Assembly (NCBI GenBank): GCA_963675745.2
Contig: CAXXWX010000001.1
Span: 160,001-224,000 of the forward strand
Length of the DNA: 64,000 bases
From: Phycisphaerae bacterium
GTDB taxonomy: Bacteria > Planctomycetota > Phycisphaerae > UBA1845 > Fen-1342
Direction: 5' to 3'
The notes beneath the pieces are model-generated. The model made no database searches. It had not been told where the DNA came from and was given only the letters and a program-made list of their open reading frames with translations. Position numbers and translations under genes: made by a program. The stretch's first letter is position 1; the number at the start of each line of letters is the position of its first letter. Shown here piece after piece: positions 19,453-29,329 of this stretch.

Positions 19453-20418
19453 ATGCGTGTTGCTTTCGAATTCAGATTGGCCAGACTGCCCCAATTGCGG
19501 CGAGCCTGCGGCGCGTTCACACTCGTTGAGCTGCTGGTCGTGGTTGCGATCATCGGACTTTTGGTCAGCATCCTGTTGCCGGCGCTGTCCTCAGCGCGCC
19601 AGCAGGGCAAGTCGATCAAGTGCCTGGCCAACCTGCGCACCTTAGGCCAGGGGATGGCCATCTATCTCAACGACAACAACGACGTGCTCGTCCCCGGACG
19701 CCTGCCCAAGGTGGACGATTGCAACACGTACGCCGACATCTTCGGCAGCATCAAGTATCGCCCCACCTTTCTGGCGATGATGGCGCCGGCGGTTGGCCTG
19801 CCGCCGTTCGACGACCCCCAGGCCTGCAAGACCGATGTTGACCGTTACGGCGAGGATGGTGATCGCCAGGACTACGCCTACGATTCGTACGTGTGTCCAA
19901 GCGTGTCAGACTGGCGCGACGAGCGCAACGGCTCATACGGCTACAACTACCAGTTCCTCGGCAACTCGCGCCTCTCTGACAAGGGCGACCAACGATCATA
20001 CAAGAACTGGCCGGTCTCGATCACCAGGGTGCGCTCCGCGGGCCGCACCGTCATGATCGGCGACTGCATGGGAACCGCCGCTTCATGGCAGCCCAGCGAA
20101 CGCCAGGGTTACGTCAACAATTCGCGCGACGCCGAACGATTCGGCAACGAGGGGTTTAATCTCGACCCCCCGCTGGTTGATCCGGTCAACGGCGAGATGG
20201 CCAACTTCGACAAGTCGCCCCAGTCGCGCACGGCCGTGGATCCGCGACACCGGCAAAAGGGCAACGTTGTGTGGCTGGACGGCCACGGCAGCAGCATTGG
20301 ACTCGAGGAACTCGGGTACGAAGTGCTGGACAACGGCGTGATCGGCTTCGACGGCGATAACAGCCTGTGGAGCACCAACGGACGCGACGAGGCCTGGACG
20401 CCGGAGTATCGGCCGTAG
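19453..20418 (+). CDS. Prepilin-type N-terminal methylation protein with H-X9-DG domain (DUF1559-like)
   Basis: AFTLVELLVVVAII...LLPAL..AR, C..NL, RH...NVVWLDGH. Confidence 0.9.
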   Translation: MRVAFEFRLARLPQLRRACGAFTLVELLVVVAIIGLLVSILLPALSSARQQGKSIKCLANLRTLGQGMAIYLNDNNDVLVPGRLPKVDDCNTYADIFGSIKYRPTFLAMMAPAVGLPPFDDPQACKTDVDRYGEDGDRQDYAYDSYVCPSVSDWRDERNGSYGYNYQFLGNSRLSDKGDQRSYKNWPVSITRVRSAGRTVMIGDCMGTAASWQPSERQGYVNNSRDAERFGNEGFNLDPPLVDPVNGEMANFDKSPQSRTAVDPRHRQKGNVVWLDGHGSSIGLEELGYEVLDNGVIGFDGDNSLWSTNGRDEAWTPEYRP

Positions 20419-20438
20419 GCTATAGCGCAGACCGGTCG

Positions 20439-22826
20439 TCACTCACTGGTGCCCAACCGCCAGCGGGCCAGGTGGTACTCGTACATTGGGTCCAGCCTGA
20501 ATGGATACGGCTCCAGTGCCAGATTCGTGTCGGCGCACTTGCGAAACCATGCTTCGGCCTCTTCAGCGCGCCGGGCAAGCCGGCAAGCCTCGCCAGCGTA
20601 GTAGTAGGCCTCGCACCGACGTTCCAGATTCGGCGGGTCCACCGCTTCGGCGGCGCTCACCAGCGCCTGGGGTTCGATTTTGCCCGTCAGGCAATCGAAG
20701 ATCTGCCTCAACCAGTCATCAGTGTCGCCCGCCGCGCACACCGCCGCCTGAAGCGCCCACGCCTCGGCACGGGTCTGTGCGGCGGCTCCGTCGCGATTGG
20801 CCACCTCCAGCAGACGAGCCTGGTCGTGCAGCACAAGGAACAGGCGAACGTCGCTGAAGGCGGCGTGGCCGAGCAGGCGACGAACTTCCCGATAGTCATC
20901 AGCCGCCTCGTCCAGCCTGCCGGTGAGCCAGTAGGCCAGGGCTCGCTTGTGACGCTCCCAGATGCCTTGGCGGCCCGTCAGATCGACGGCCGTCGAGTAA
21001 TCTGCCAGCGCCCTTGGATAGTCGCCCATGCAGATGTGCGCCGTGCCGCGATTGCGGTAGATTGAGACCGCGTCGCCGGACATAGCCAGGGCCTCGGTAT
21101 AGCTGTCCACGGCGTCCGCCCAGTGACTCTGCCGCATGCGGGCGCCGCCCTCGAAAAACAGCCACCCCGCGCGCGACGCGCGGTCAATGGCCATGAGCTT
21201 GCGCGCTGCGGTGCAGGCCTCCTCGTAGTCGCCCAACAGCAGCGCCAGTTGCGCGCGGCGCACCCAGAACAGCACGCGGGACGGCTCGCGCGTAATGGCC
21301 TGTCTCACACAATCCGCCGCCCGAAGCGGATCGAAGGTGGCAAAAGACCGGAGGTACCACGCTTCCGCCGTGTCCGGCGCTTCCGCGCGCGCCCGCGCCG
21401 TGAGCACGTCCGCCTCGTCGTGCTCCCCGATCAGGTTGTGCATCTCGCCGAGCAGAGCCCGCTGCGCCCACGCTCTCTGGTCGTTGGCGAGGTCACTCTC
21501 CAGGTCATCCATGGCCGCCAACATCATGTCCCGCCGGTTTAGATCCTGTCCCATCCGAAAGTGGACCTGCGCGTACAGCAGGTGCGCCTCCGTTAGGTCG
21601 GGGTACTGCGCCAGGGCGACCTCCACAAGCCTCAGGGCCTCCTCCAGAAGGCCCTCTTCCATCTTGTGCTGGCCCCCTGCAACGTCACGGCGGGCAGCGG
21701 CCAGACCCTGAGCGTGTTGGCGCTGGAGCGCGCGGTCACGCCACCAGGTTCCGCACCACAAACCACACAGGCCCAGCGCCACGGCCAGCGCGGCGACGGA
21801 TATCCGCGCGCGCTGCCTGAACAGCTTGCGGCGCAGGACATAGAGGCTGCTGGCCGGGCGCGCGATGATCGGTTCATTGGCCAAGTAGCGCTCGATGTCG
21901 GCGCCGAGCTCCTCGATCGATGCGTACCGCCGCCGCTTCTCCTTCTCAAGCGCTTTGAGAACAATGGTCTGTAGCTCGCGGTCTACCCGGTGCGACAGCG
22001 ACGCCGGCGGCTCGGGCTGTTGCTCGCGGATACGTTGGATGGTGTCGCTTGGGCTGCGGGCGGCATCGGTGGGCAGCCTGCCGGTAAGCGCCTCATAGAG
22101 CATCACGCCGACGGCATACACATCGGTTTGAGCGTCGATCTCGGATGAGTTGCCATCCGTCTGTTCGGGAGCTAGATAGCGCAGGGTTCCGACGACCTGT
22201 CCAGGCATCGACACGGACAGGCTCGGCTGGGAATTCGCGCCATCCGGGACCATCGCTTTCGATAACCCAAAGTCAAGGACGTGCGGTTTCGCTTCGGTAT
22301 CAACCAGCACGTTCGCTGGCTTGAGATCGCGGTGGATTACACCGTGTTCATGGGCATGGGCGACCGCCCGGCAAATGTCGGCAAAAACACGTAGCAACGC
22401 GGGCACGTCCACACGCTTGCTACGCACCCACTCGTCCAGGCGCACCGCCTCCACGTGGTCCATAGCGTAATAGGGCTGCCCGGTGGCGGTGAGACCACTC
22501 TCGAGCACTCTCACAATGCCGGGGTGTCGAAACCGAGCGGTCAGCTCCACTTCGCGCTGAAAACGCTGCCGGGCCGACCGCGAGGCAAACGCGCCCGCGA
22601 GCATGACTTTCAGCGCTACCACGCGCTTTGTCGACAACTGAAGCGCCCGGTAGACGACGCCCATGCCGCCGCGACCGATTTCATCCGTGATCTCAAAACC
22701 GGGGATCGCATCCCGTGGCGTGGAGAGCCCACCGGCGCCGCTCAGCGCCCGCGCCTCGCACTGCGCCGCCCTGATCAGGTCGAGCTCATGGTCAACCTGA
22801 GTGCCATCTTCCGCAGGAGAGTTCAC
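20439..22826 (-). CDS. Membrane Ser/Thr protein kinase with TPR C-terminus
   Basis: GRGGMGVVY, VALK, HRDLKPAN, DFG, YLAPE; TM segment; TPR-like repeats. Confidence 0.92.
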   Translation of the reverse strand: MNSPAEDGTQVDHELDLIRAAQCEARALSGAGGLSTPRDAIPGFEITDEIGRGGMGVVYRALQLSTKRVVALKVMLAGAFASRSARQRFQREVELTARFRHPGIVRVLESGLTATGQPYYAMDHVEAVRLDEWVRSKRVDVPALLRVFADICRAVAHAHEHGVIHRDLKPANVLVDTEAKPHVLDFGLSKAMVPDGANSQPSLSVSMPGQVVGTLRYLAPEQTDGNSSEIDAQTDVYAVGVMLYEALTGRLPTDAARSPSDTIQRIREQQPEPPASLSHRVDRELQTIVLKALEKEKRRRYASIEELGADIERYLANEPIIARPASSLYVLRRKLFRQRARISVAALAVALGLCGLWCGTWWRDRALQRQHAQGLAAARRDVAGGQHKMEEGLLEEALRLVEVALAQYPDLTEAHLLYAQVHFRMGQDLNRRDMMLAAMDDLESDLANDQRAWAQRALLGEMHNLIGEHDEADVLTARARAEAPDTAEAWYLRSFATFDPLRAADCVRQAITREPSRVLFWVRRAQLALLLGDYEEACTAARKLMAIDRASRAGWLFFEGGARMRQSHWADAVDSYTEALAMSGDAVSIYRNRGTAHICMGDYPRALADYSTAVDLTGRQGIWERHKRALAYWLTGRLDEAADDYREVRRLLGHAAFSDVRLFLVLHDQARLLEVANRDGAAAQTRAEAWALQAAVCAAGDTDDWLRQIFDCLTGKIEPQALVSAAEAVDPPNLERRCEAYYYAGEACRLARRAEEAEAWFRKCADTNLALEPYPFRLDPMYEYHLARWRLGTSE

Positions 22827-22864
22827 CCACTATCCCCTGACCATAGTCCGGCGTGGCGATCGGA

Positions 22865-23488
22865 CTATCTGCCTGCGCTCAAATAACCGGACGCGCTGCC
22901 CAGCATCACACCCAGGCGCCGGTGGGCGCGTGCCCGCATCATATAGACCGCGCCGGTGCTGCGCTTCAAGGCGGCGGCTATCTCGTCAATCGGCCGACCT
23001 TCCAAATCGTACATGCGCACCGTCAGGCCGTAATCCTCGGGAAGTTGTTCAATTGCCCGCGCCAGCGCGGCACGGGCCTCCGCCCGAGCGGCGTGACGGC
23101 TGGGTGTGCTCTGCGTGGCCGCCAGCAACTCGTAGAGCGCCATCATGGAATCATGGTGATCGCTGGATTCCACTCGACAGTGCCCCTTGCCCCGTTTGTG
23201 AGCATCGAGCATTTTCAGGGCATCGGCGAGATTGCACTTTGCAAGCGACGTGAGCCACGCGGGGAACGACCCGCCGCTGTCAGGCTTGAATCGATGCAGG
23301 TCAAGAAACGCGTCGATATACGTCTGCTGCATCACGTCATCAGCGGTGAGCATGGACCGCCAGCGCTTCGGGATATTCCGCGCCACAACCCGACGCACGG
23401 CCGGACCGTGCTGGCTCAACAACGCGGTCAGGGCGTGCTCGTCGCCACGGTTGGCCTGTTCCAGCAGGTTGGCGTCCGAACTTCCCAC
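22865..23488 (-). CDS. ECF RNA polymerase sigma factor
   Basis: GD..AL..L, ADDVMQ, F.AWL, TPS, LP, EIA..L; directly upstream of the kinase; GTG start inferred. Confidence 0.88.
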   Translation of the reverse strand: MGSSDANLLEQANRGDEHALTALLSQHGPAVRRVVARNIPKRWRSMLTADDVMQQTYIDAFLDLHRFKPDSGGSFPAWLTSLAKCNLADALKMLDAHKRGKGHCRVESSDHHDSMMALYELLAATQSTPSRHAARAEARAALARAIEQLPEDYGLTVRMYDLEGRPIDEIAAALKRSTGAVYMMRARAHRRLGVMLGSASGYLSAGR

Positions 23489-24136
23489 TAGCGCTCCCCA
23501 AACAGCGCAAGCCCTCGCCGCCGGCCCTCGCGCGCCGGCTGAGCAGTGCGAGCGATACCACAAACCGCGGCATCCTCTACCGATCCTGGACCTTGCGCGC
23601 CAATCGCGGCCTTCGGCCAGGTCGGCAGCTTAGTCGATTCTAACGACCTGTCCCCAACTGCCGCAACAACGTCCTCGCGGCGTCGGAGGCCGCTGTTGCG
23701 CATAGGCGTGCAGAAAAACAGGAAATTGGGCGTGAGGTTGGCCGCTGTTTGTCGGTACCTATCTAGCGAGGTCGATCGCGCGGACTGGCTGGGCAGGCCC
23801 GGGGCGCCAGTCCGGCGTCGACCGACGAGTGCCGCCACCGCAGGCATCGCCACCGTCGCGCGGTCCGGGGCGCGATGCTGGCGCGTGGCAGCAGTTGGAT
23901 CAATCCGCCATTTCCCGCTTTGGTCGCGTATTCTCCCACATCGAAACGCCGCAGATTCGTCTTGGACGCGTGGTGCATACGGGTGGGTCGCATGCGTAAC
24001 ATATTCTGCTGAAACCACTTAAGCAGCGTGCGCCTCATGCACGCCGTGACCTTGCGTCTGGCACACATCTTGCTTTACAGTTATCTTTCGAGGTTTGGCG
24101 CGAGGCAGCTTGCTCACTCTGCGAGATGGTTCTGTT

Positions 24137-24481
24137 GTGAAACTGCTGGAGCGATTCTGGTTCGGCTGTGGTCACTGCACGGGCGAAGAATCTTGCCCGT
24201 TGTTGCAGGACGCGGCCAAGACGTATGAGATGCACCGCTGGTTTCGCGGGCCGACGCTCGTCGGGGTTGCGCTTGTGATTTTCATCGTGCCGCTGGCGAG
24301 TGCGATTGGCGGTGCGTTTCTGGCAGAGCGACTCTGGGCGGACGGCACGCCGGAGGCAACGCAACGATGGCAGATTATCGGGCTTTTTGCCGGCCTGATC
24401 GTCGGTGTCGCGCTCGCCAAGCTGCTGGTCCACCTGTCGCGCATTTCACGCCATGTGTGCAACGATGGAGGTATTGAATGA
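24137..24481 (+). CDS. RseC-like small membrane protein leading the rnf operon
   Basis: CGHC...C followed by two TM helices; stop overlaps rnfC start (ATGA). Confidence 0.55.
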   Translation: MKLLERFWFGCGHCTGEESCPLLQDAAKTYEMHRWFRGPTLVGVALVIFIVPLASAIGGAFLAERLWADGTPEATQRWQIIGLFAGLIVGVALAKLLVHLSRISRHVCNDGGIE

Positions 24482-25942
24482 TCGCTGCACTGAGGGAACG
24501 TCTCAGCGGCCTGAAGGGATTCTCACGCGGCATTCACCCTCCGCACCGCAAGCGTACCGAATCCAACCCGATCGAGATCTTCATCCCCAAGCAGAATGTG
24601 CTGCTGCCGCTGGTACAGCACATCGGGGCGGCCTGCGAGCCAAGCGTCAAGCCGAAGACGGCGGTGAAGCTGGGCGACAAGATTGCGGACGCCACCGCCT
24701 TCGTAACCGCCCCTATTCACGCGTCGATCAACGGGCAAGTGGTCATGTCGTCGATCACGCCCATCCCCGGCGGGCGGCGCGTGCCGGCGATACCGATCAA
24801 GCCCGACGCGGAAGGCGGCGTGCTGCCCGAGAATTTCAAGGACGACTTTCTGAGTCGCAATTGGGATGACGTCGAGCCGACCAGCTTTGATCCGGCGCAG
24901 ATTTGCGACGCGATCCGCGAGGGTGGAATCGTCGGGCTCGGCGGTGCCACCTTCCCCACACACATAAAGCTGCGTCGCAACAAAGAGCGCCCGATCGACA
25001 CACTGATCCTCAATGGCTGTGAGTGTGAACCATACCTCACCGCCGACCACCGCATGATGGTCGAGTGCCCCGAGGCGATCGTGGTGGGTATGCAGATCGC
25101 GGCACACGCGGCAGGCGTCAGCCGTTGCATCATAGCCATTGAAGCCAACAAGCCCGATGCCGTTGAAGAGATGCGCAAGGCCGCACGGGGGCGACCCAAC
25201 ATCGAGATCGCGGTCTGTGCGACCAAGTACCCGATGGGTGGCGAACGCCAGCTTATCGCGGCGGTTACGGGGCGCGAGGTGCCCAGCGCCCCCAAGGGCC
25301 TGCCGCTGGACGTCGGCTGCGTCGTGGTAAATGTCGCCACCGCACACAGCATCGCCCGGGCCGTGGCCCGGAATCAGCCGCTGACACATCGGGTCATCAC
25401 GATCACCGGCCACGGCGTTGAGAAACCGGGCAATTACCTGGCGCCAATCGGGACCATGCTCAGCGAGTTGATCGAGGGCGCCGCCGGTGGAGTACGGCCC
25501 ACAGCCCTGAAAGTGCTCGCCGGCGGACCGATGATGGCCCCCACGCTGCCGCACCTGGAAATGCCGGTCGTCAAAGGGCACCGGCGGCCTGACTGTGATG
25601 ACCGAGGAAGAGACCGCTCACTGGCAAGAAACGCCCTGCATCCGCTGCGGTCGCTGTATCGACAACTGCCCGCTCTTCCTCTCGCCGACCAAAATCGCCC
25701 ACGCGGTCAAGCATCGCGATTACGAGTATGCCGGCACGTTCGACATGATGGCGTGCATCGAGTGTGGGTGTTGTTCGTTCGTCTGTCCGGCGAAGATTCC
25801 CTTGACGCAGTACATCCGCGCCGGCAAGGGACAAATGCGTGTCATCGCCGCCCAGCAAAAGGCCAAAGAGGCCGAGCAAGCCAAAGCCAAGGAAGCAGAG
25901 CAGACGTGCGCGGCGAAAGAGGGATCAGAACCCGGGGCGTAA
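24478..25942 (+). CDS. rnfC: RnfC electron transport subunit, frameshifted at about 25576-25578
   Basis: QHIGA, GLGGATFPT, NGCECEPYLT, GGPMM in one frame; CIRCGRC..CP and CIECGCC..CP in another; removing one G restores VKGTGGLTVM. Confidence 0.9.
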
Positions 25943-25960
25943 GCGCCGGGCCGCGGCTTT

Positions 25961-26050
25961 CACCGGTTGAAAACCGGTGCCACAGTGAAACCGGTGCCAC
26001 AGTGAAACCGGTGCCACAGAGAGACCGGTGCCACAGATAGACCGGTGCCA
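25961..26050. repeat. REP-like element (family A) with five 17-nt tandem units
   Basis: caccggttgaaaaccggtgccac, then a(a/g)accggtgcca units starting at 25971, 25988, 26005, 26022, 26039. Confidence 0.85.
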
Positions 26051-26091
26051 TCGCAGTCTGGAACAGCCTGTAGTCAGGAGCCCGCGACACG

Positions 26092-27247
26092 ATGAGTGAC
26101 GCAGTCAACCCTCCCGCCAAGAAGTCGCTGCCGGTGAAGGCGGCCGATGCGCCGGCGTTTCTGGTGAGTTCATCGCCACACCTGGCGGCCGGCGCCACCA
26201 CTCGGCAGATTATGTTCGAGGTTGTGGCCGCCATGGCGCCGCTATTCGTGGTTGCGGTCATCATGTTTCGCCAGTACGCCTTTTTCATCACGATTCCGTG
26301 TGTGCTCGGCTGCCTGGCCGCCGAGGCATTCGCCAATCGGCTGCGCGGACGCAGCATGTCCTCACTGGCGGACGGCTCGGCGATTGTCACCGGCATGATT
26401 CTGGCATTCTCACTTCCGCCGGCGTTGAATCCGTACATGGCGTTTATCGGGTGGGGTCGTCGCCATTCTGCTGGCCAAGGCCGTCTTTGGCGGGCTTGGT
26501 CAGAACCTGTTCAATCCGGCGATGGTCGGACGCGCGTTTCTGATGATCTGTTTTCCGGCGGCGATGGGCATGTGGACCGTACCGACAACGCTGGACCGTG
26601 TCGGTGATCCCGACGTTGACGGCGTCACCATGGCCACACCGCTGGGCGTGGCCACGGAAATCACCCAGGCCGACAAGGCCATGTCCACCACCAAGAGCCA
26701 GATCGACGCCGCTGAGACGCCCGAATCACGCGCCCGAGCGGAGTCAACGTACGGCGAGGCACTGGGAACTCATGCGGCCGCCATGCGGCGCATTCCCGCA
26801 TATCGCGACCTGTTCGTTGGCAATGTTGCCGGCTCGCTGGGCGAAACGAGTGTGCTCGCGGCCCTGGTTGGCGGGCTCTGGCTGTTAGTGCGTCGGATTG
26901 CGGACTGGCGTCAGCCGTTTGCGCTGCTCCTGACGGTTGCGATCGTCGCGACACTCGCGCACTGGATCGCGCCGAGCCGCTTCCAGGACCCGCTATTCCA
27001 TCTGACGAGCGGGGCCATGATCTTCGGCGCGTTTTTCATCGCGACTGACTATGTCGGCGCGCCGGTGAATCCGACCGGACGGCTGATTTTCGGCGCGGGC
27101 GTCGGCTTGCTGGTGATGATTATCCGCCTGTTCGGGGCATACCCCGAGGGCATGATGTTTGCCGTGCTGATCATGAACGCGTTGACGCCGGTCATCGAGC
27201 GGATGACGACGCCGACGCCATTCGGCGGCCACGTGGCCGATGCGTGA
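26092..27247 (+). CDS. rnfD: RnfD membrane subunit, frameshifted at about 26449-26451
   Basis: SSPH, DGSAIVTG; removing one G restores [33 protein letters not shown] FMN motif, GSLGETS, FFIATD, YPEG. Confidence 0.9.
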
Positions 27248-27351
27248 TGTGTCATAGGGCGCATCAGTCCCCCACCCCAAGGGATGGGGCACCCATGCCC
27301 CCGCGCGTGGCACACTGTCGAACGCAGCACACAATCTGAAACGGTGATGAT

Positions 27352-27912
27352 GTGAGCAAGTTCATCGAGGAATCGTGGCTGGTGATAACGCTGGGCGTCG
27401 TGTTTGCGTGCCTGCTGGCGGCAACGCAGACGTCGCTACGCCCCATCATCGACGCCAACAAGGTCAAGGCGCTCAATGCGGCCATCGCCGAAGTCGTGCC
27501 CGATGTCGAGCACAGCGAAGCCCTCGAGATCGACGACAACGCGGTGTTCAAATGCACCGACGCCGACGGCACACTTGTCGGCTGGGCCATTCAGGCGAGC
27601 GGCGGCGGTTTCATCGACAAGATCACGCTGGTCGTCGGCCTGAATGCCGCGGCCGATACGATCGTCGGCATCAAGGTCATTGAGCACCTGGAGACTCCGG
27701 GGCTGGGCAACAAGATCGAGGCGGGCCACCCGTTCCCCGCGCAGTTCGCCGGCAAGTCGGCCACCGCGGAGTTGCGCGTTGAGAAACGGCCGCCCCAGGC
27801 CCCCACCGAGATCCAGGCGATTACCGGGGCGACGTGGTCGAGCCGCTACACGACGGACATCGTCAACACCGTAATCACGCGCATCAGGCCCAAACTCGAT
27901 GAGTATCGCTGA
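27352..27912 (+). CDS. rnfG: RnfG FMN-binding subunit
   Basis: ETPGLG, ITGATWSS. Confidence 0.9.
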   Translation: MSKFIEESWLVITLGVVFACLLAATQTSLRPIIDANKVKALNAAIAEVVPDVEHSEALEIDDNAVFKCTDADGTLVGWAIQASGGGFIDKITLVVGLNAAADTIVGIKVIEHLETPGLGNKIEAGHPFPAQFAGKSATAELRVEKRPPQAPTEIQAITGATWSSRYTTDIVNTVITRIRPKLDEYR

Positions 27913-27953
27913 CACCCGCAACTCCGAATCCTCGCTCACGTGAGAGCTGACTG

Positions 27954-28580
27954 ATGGCAAAGCAAGACGAATCAAACCTCCAGGTATTCAAGGCCGGCAT
28001 TCTGGACAACAACCCGGTGCTCGTGCAACTCCTGGGCATGTGTCCGACGCTGGCGGTCACGAACTCGTTGGAGAACGCGCTGGTGATGGGCGCCGCGGCG
28101 ACGTTTGTGGTCGTCATGTCCAACCTGATCACCAGCCTCCTGCGAAACCTGATCAAGCCGCACGTCCGCATCCTGATCTTCACGCTCACGATTGCGACAT
28201 TCGTGACCATCGCCGATCTGTTCCTAAAGGCGTACATGTACGACGTCAGCCAGAAACTCGGCGCGTTTATCCCGCTGATTATCGTGAACTGCATGATTAT
28301 CTGCCGGGCCGAGGTCGTGGCGATCAAGAGCGGCGTGGCCAAGTCGCTGGCCGACGCGTTCGGCATCGGGATCGGGTTTACGTTTGCGTTGGCGATACTG
28401 GGCGTTGTGCGCGAGCTGCTCGGCTCCGGCACGGTGCTCAAAATGCAGATCATGCCCCAGGCGTTCATCGACGGGCACACCTGGGTGCTGATGATCCTGC
28501 CGCCGGGCGCTTTTCTGACGCTGGGAGTGGTGGTGGGCGTGGTCAACCAGATACGGTCGGGCAGCAAGGGAGGCGCGTGA
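27954..28580 (+). CDS. rnfE: RnfE membrane subunit
   Basis: NPVLVQLLGMCPTLAVT, IPLIIVNC, LPPGAF. Confidence 0.93.
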   Translation: MAKQDESNLQVFKAGILDNNPVLVQLLGMCPTLAVTNSLENALVMGAAATFVVVMSNLITSLLRNLIKPHVRILIFTLTIATFVTIADLFLKAYMYDVSQKLGAFIPLIIVNCMIICRAEVVAIKSGVAKSLADAFGIGIGFTFALAILGVVRELLGSGTVLKMQIMPQAFIDGHTWVLMILPPGAFLTLGVVVGVVNQIRSGSKGGA

Positions 28581-29197
28581 TGGAACTGGGCACGCTGATC
28601 GGCATATTCCTGTCGGTTGTTTTGGTCAACAACCTGGTGCTCTCAGGCTTTCTGGGCATCTGTCCCTTCCTGGGTGTGTCGCGCAAGATCGATATGGCCT
28701 TCGGGATGGGCTGCGCCGTCACCTTCGTGATAACCATGTCGGGCATCGTAACCTGGTGCATCATGCACCTGCTTTTCCACACGATCGGCGCCCGGGTGTT
28801 CAATGACGCGTTGGCCCTGAACTTCCTGCAATACGTCGCGTTCATCATGGTCATCGCGAGCATGGTGCAGCTTGTCGAGATGTACCTCAAGAAGTTCTTT
28901 CCGCCGCTTTACACGGCCCTCGGCGTATTCCTGCCGCTGATCACGACCAACTGCGCGATCCTGGGCGCGTGCCTCTATATCTACATGAAGCCCGAGACCC
29001 AGAGCCTGCTGAACGCAACGGTGTATGCCTTTGGCGGCGGGCTGGGCTTCACGATGGCGATCACGATCATGGCGGGCATTCGCGAACACATCCGTTTCAG
29101 CGATGTGCCCAAGGCTTTCCAGGGCGCCGGCGTCACCCTGCTGGTGGCGGGTATTCTGGCACTGGCGTTTACAGGCTTCACCGGGATTGGGAAATGA
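28580..29197 (+). CDS. rnfA: RnfA membrane subunit
   Basis: NNLVLSGFLGICPFLGVS, LPLITTNCAILG; ATG overlaps the rnfE stop. Confidence 0.93.
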   Translation: MELGTLIGIFLSVVLVNNLVLSGFLGICPFLGVSRKIDMAFGMGCAVTFVITMSGIVTWCIMHLLFHTIGARVFNDALALNFLQYVAFIMVIASMVQLVEMYLKKFFPPLYTALGVFLPLITTNCAILGACLYIYMKPETQSLLNATVYAFGGGLGFTMAITIMAGIREHIRFSDVPKAFQGAGVTLLVAGILALAFTGFTGIGK

Positions 29198-29201
29198 GGC
29201 G

Positions 29202-29305
29202 GCTATCAGCGATCAGCGGTCAGCCACAACAACGAACCGACCGCAGACCGATGCCTCTGTTTCTGTAGCTGACCGCTGACCGCTGAACGCTGAACGCTGA
29301 ACGCT
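29202..29305. repeat. Inverted heptamer tandem array (empty type)
   Basis: gctatca-gcgatca-gcggtca (29202-29222) vs (gctgacc)2(gctgaac)3 (29268-29302). Confidence 0.85.
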
Positions 29306-29329
29306 CCATCAAGCGACGGAGAATCACCA

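Noticed and set aside
23490..24130. ORFs or riboswitch in the sigma-rnf divergent spacer
   Set aside because: ORFs are R/A-rich without motifs; no riboswitch or operator consensus recognised
25961..26050. Possible CRISPR array
   Set aside because: 17-nt units are directly tandem with no unique spacers and no cas genes; they derive from the REP-like motif
28040..28579. 385-aa ORF as a long RnfA
   Set aside because: The N-terminal part overlaps rnfE out of frame; the real start is the ATG at 28580
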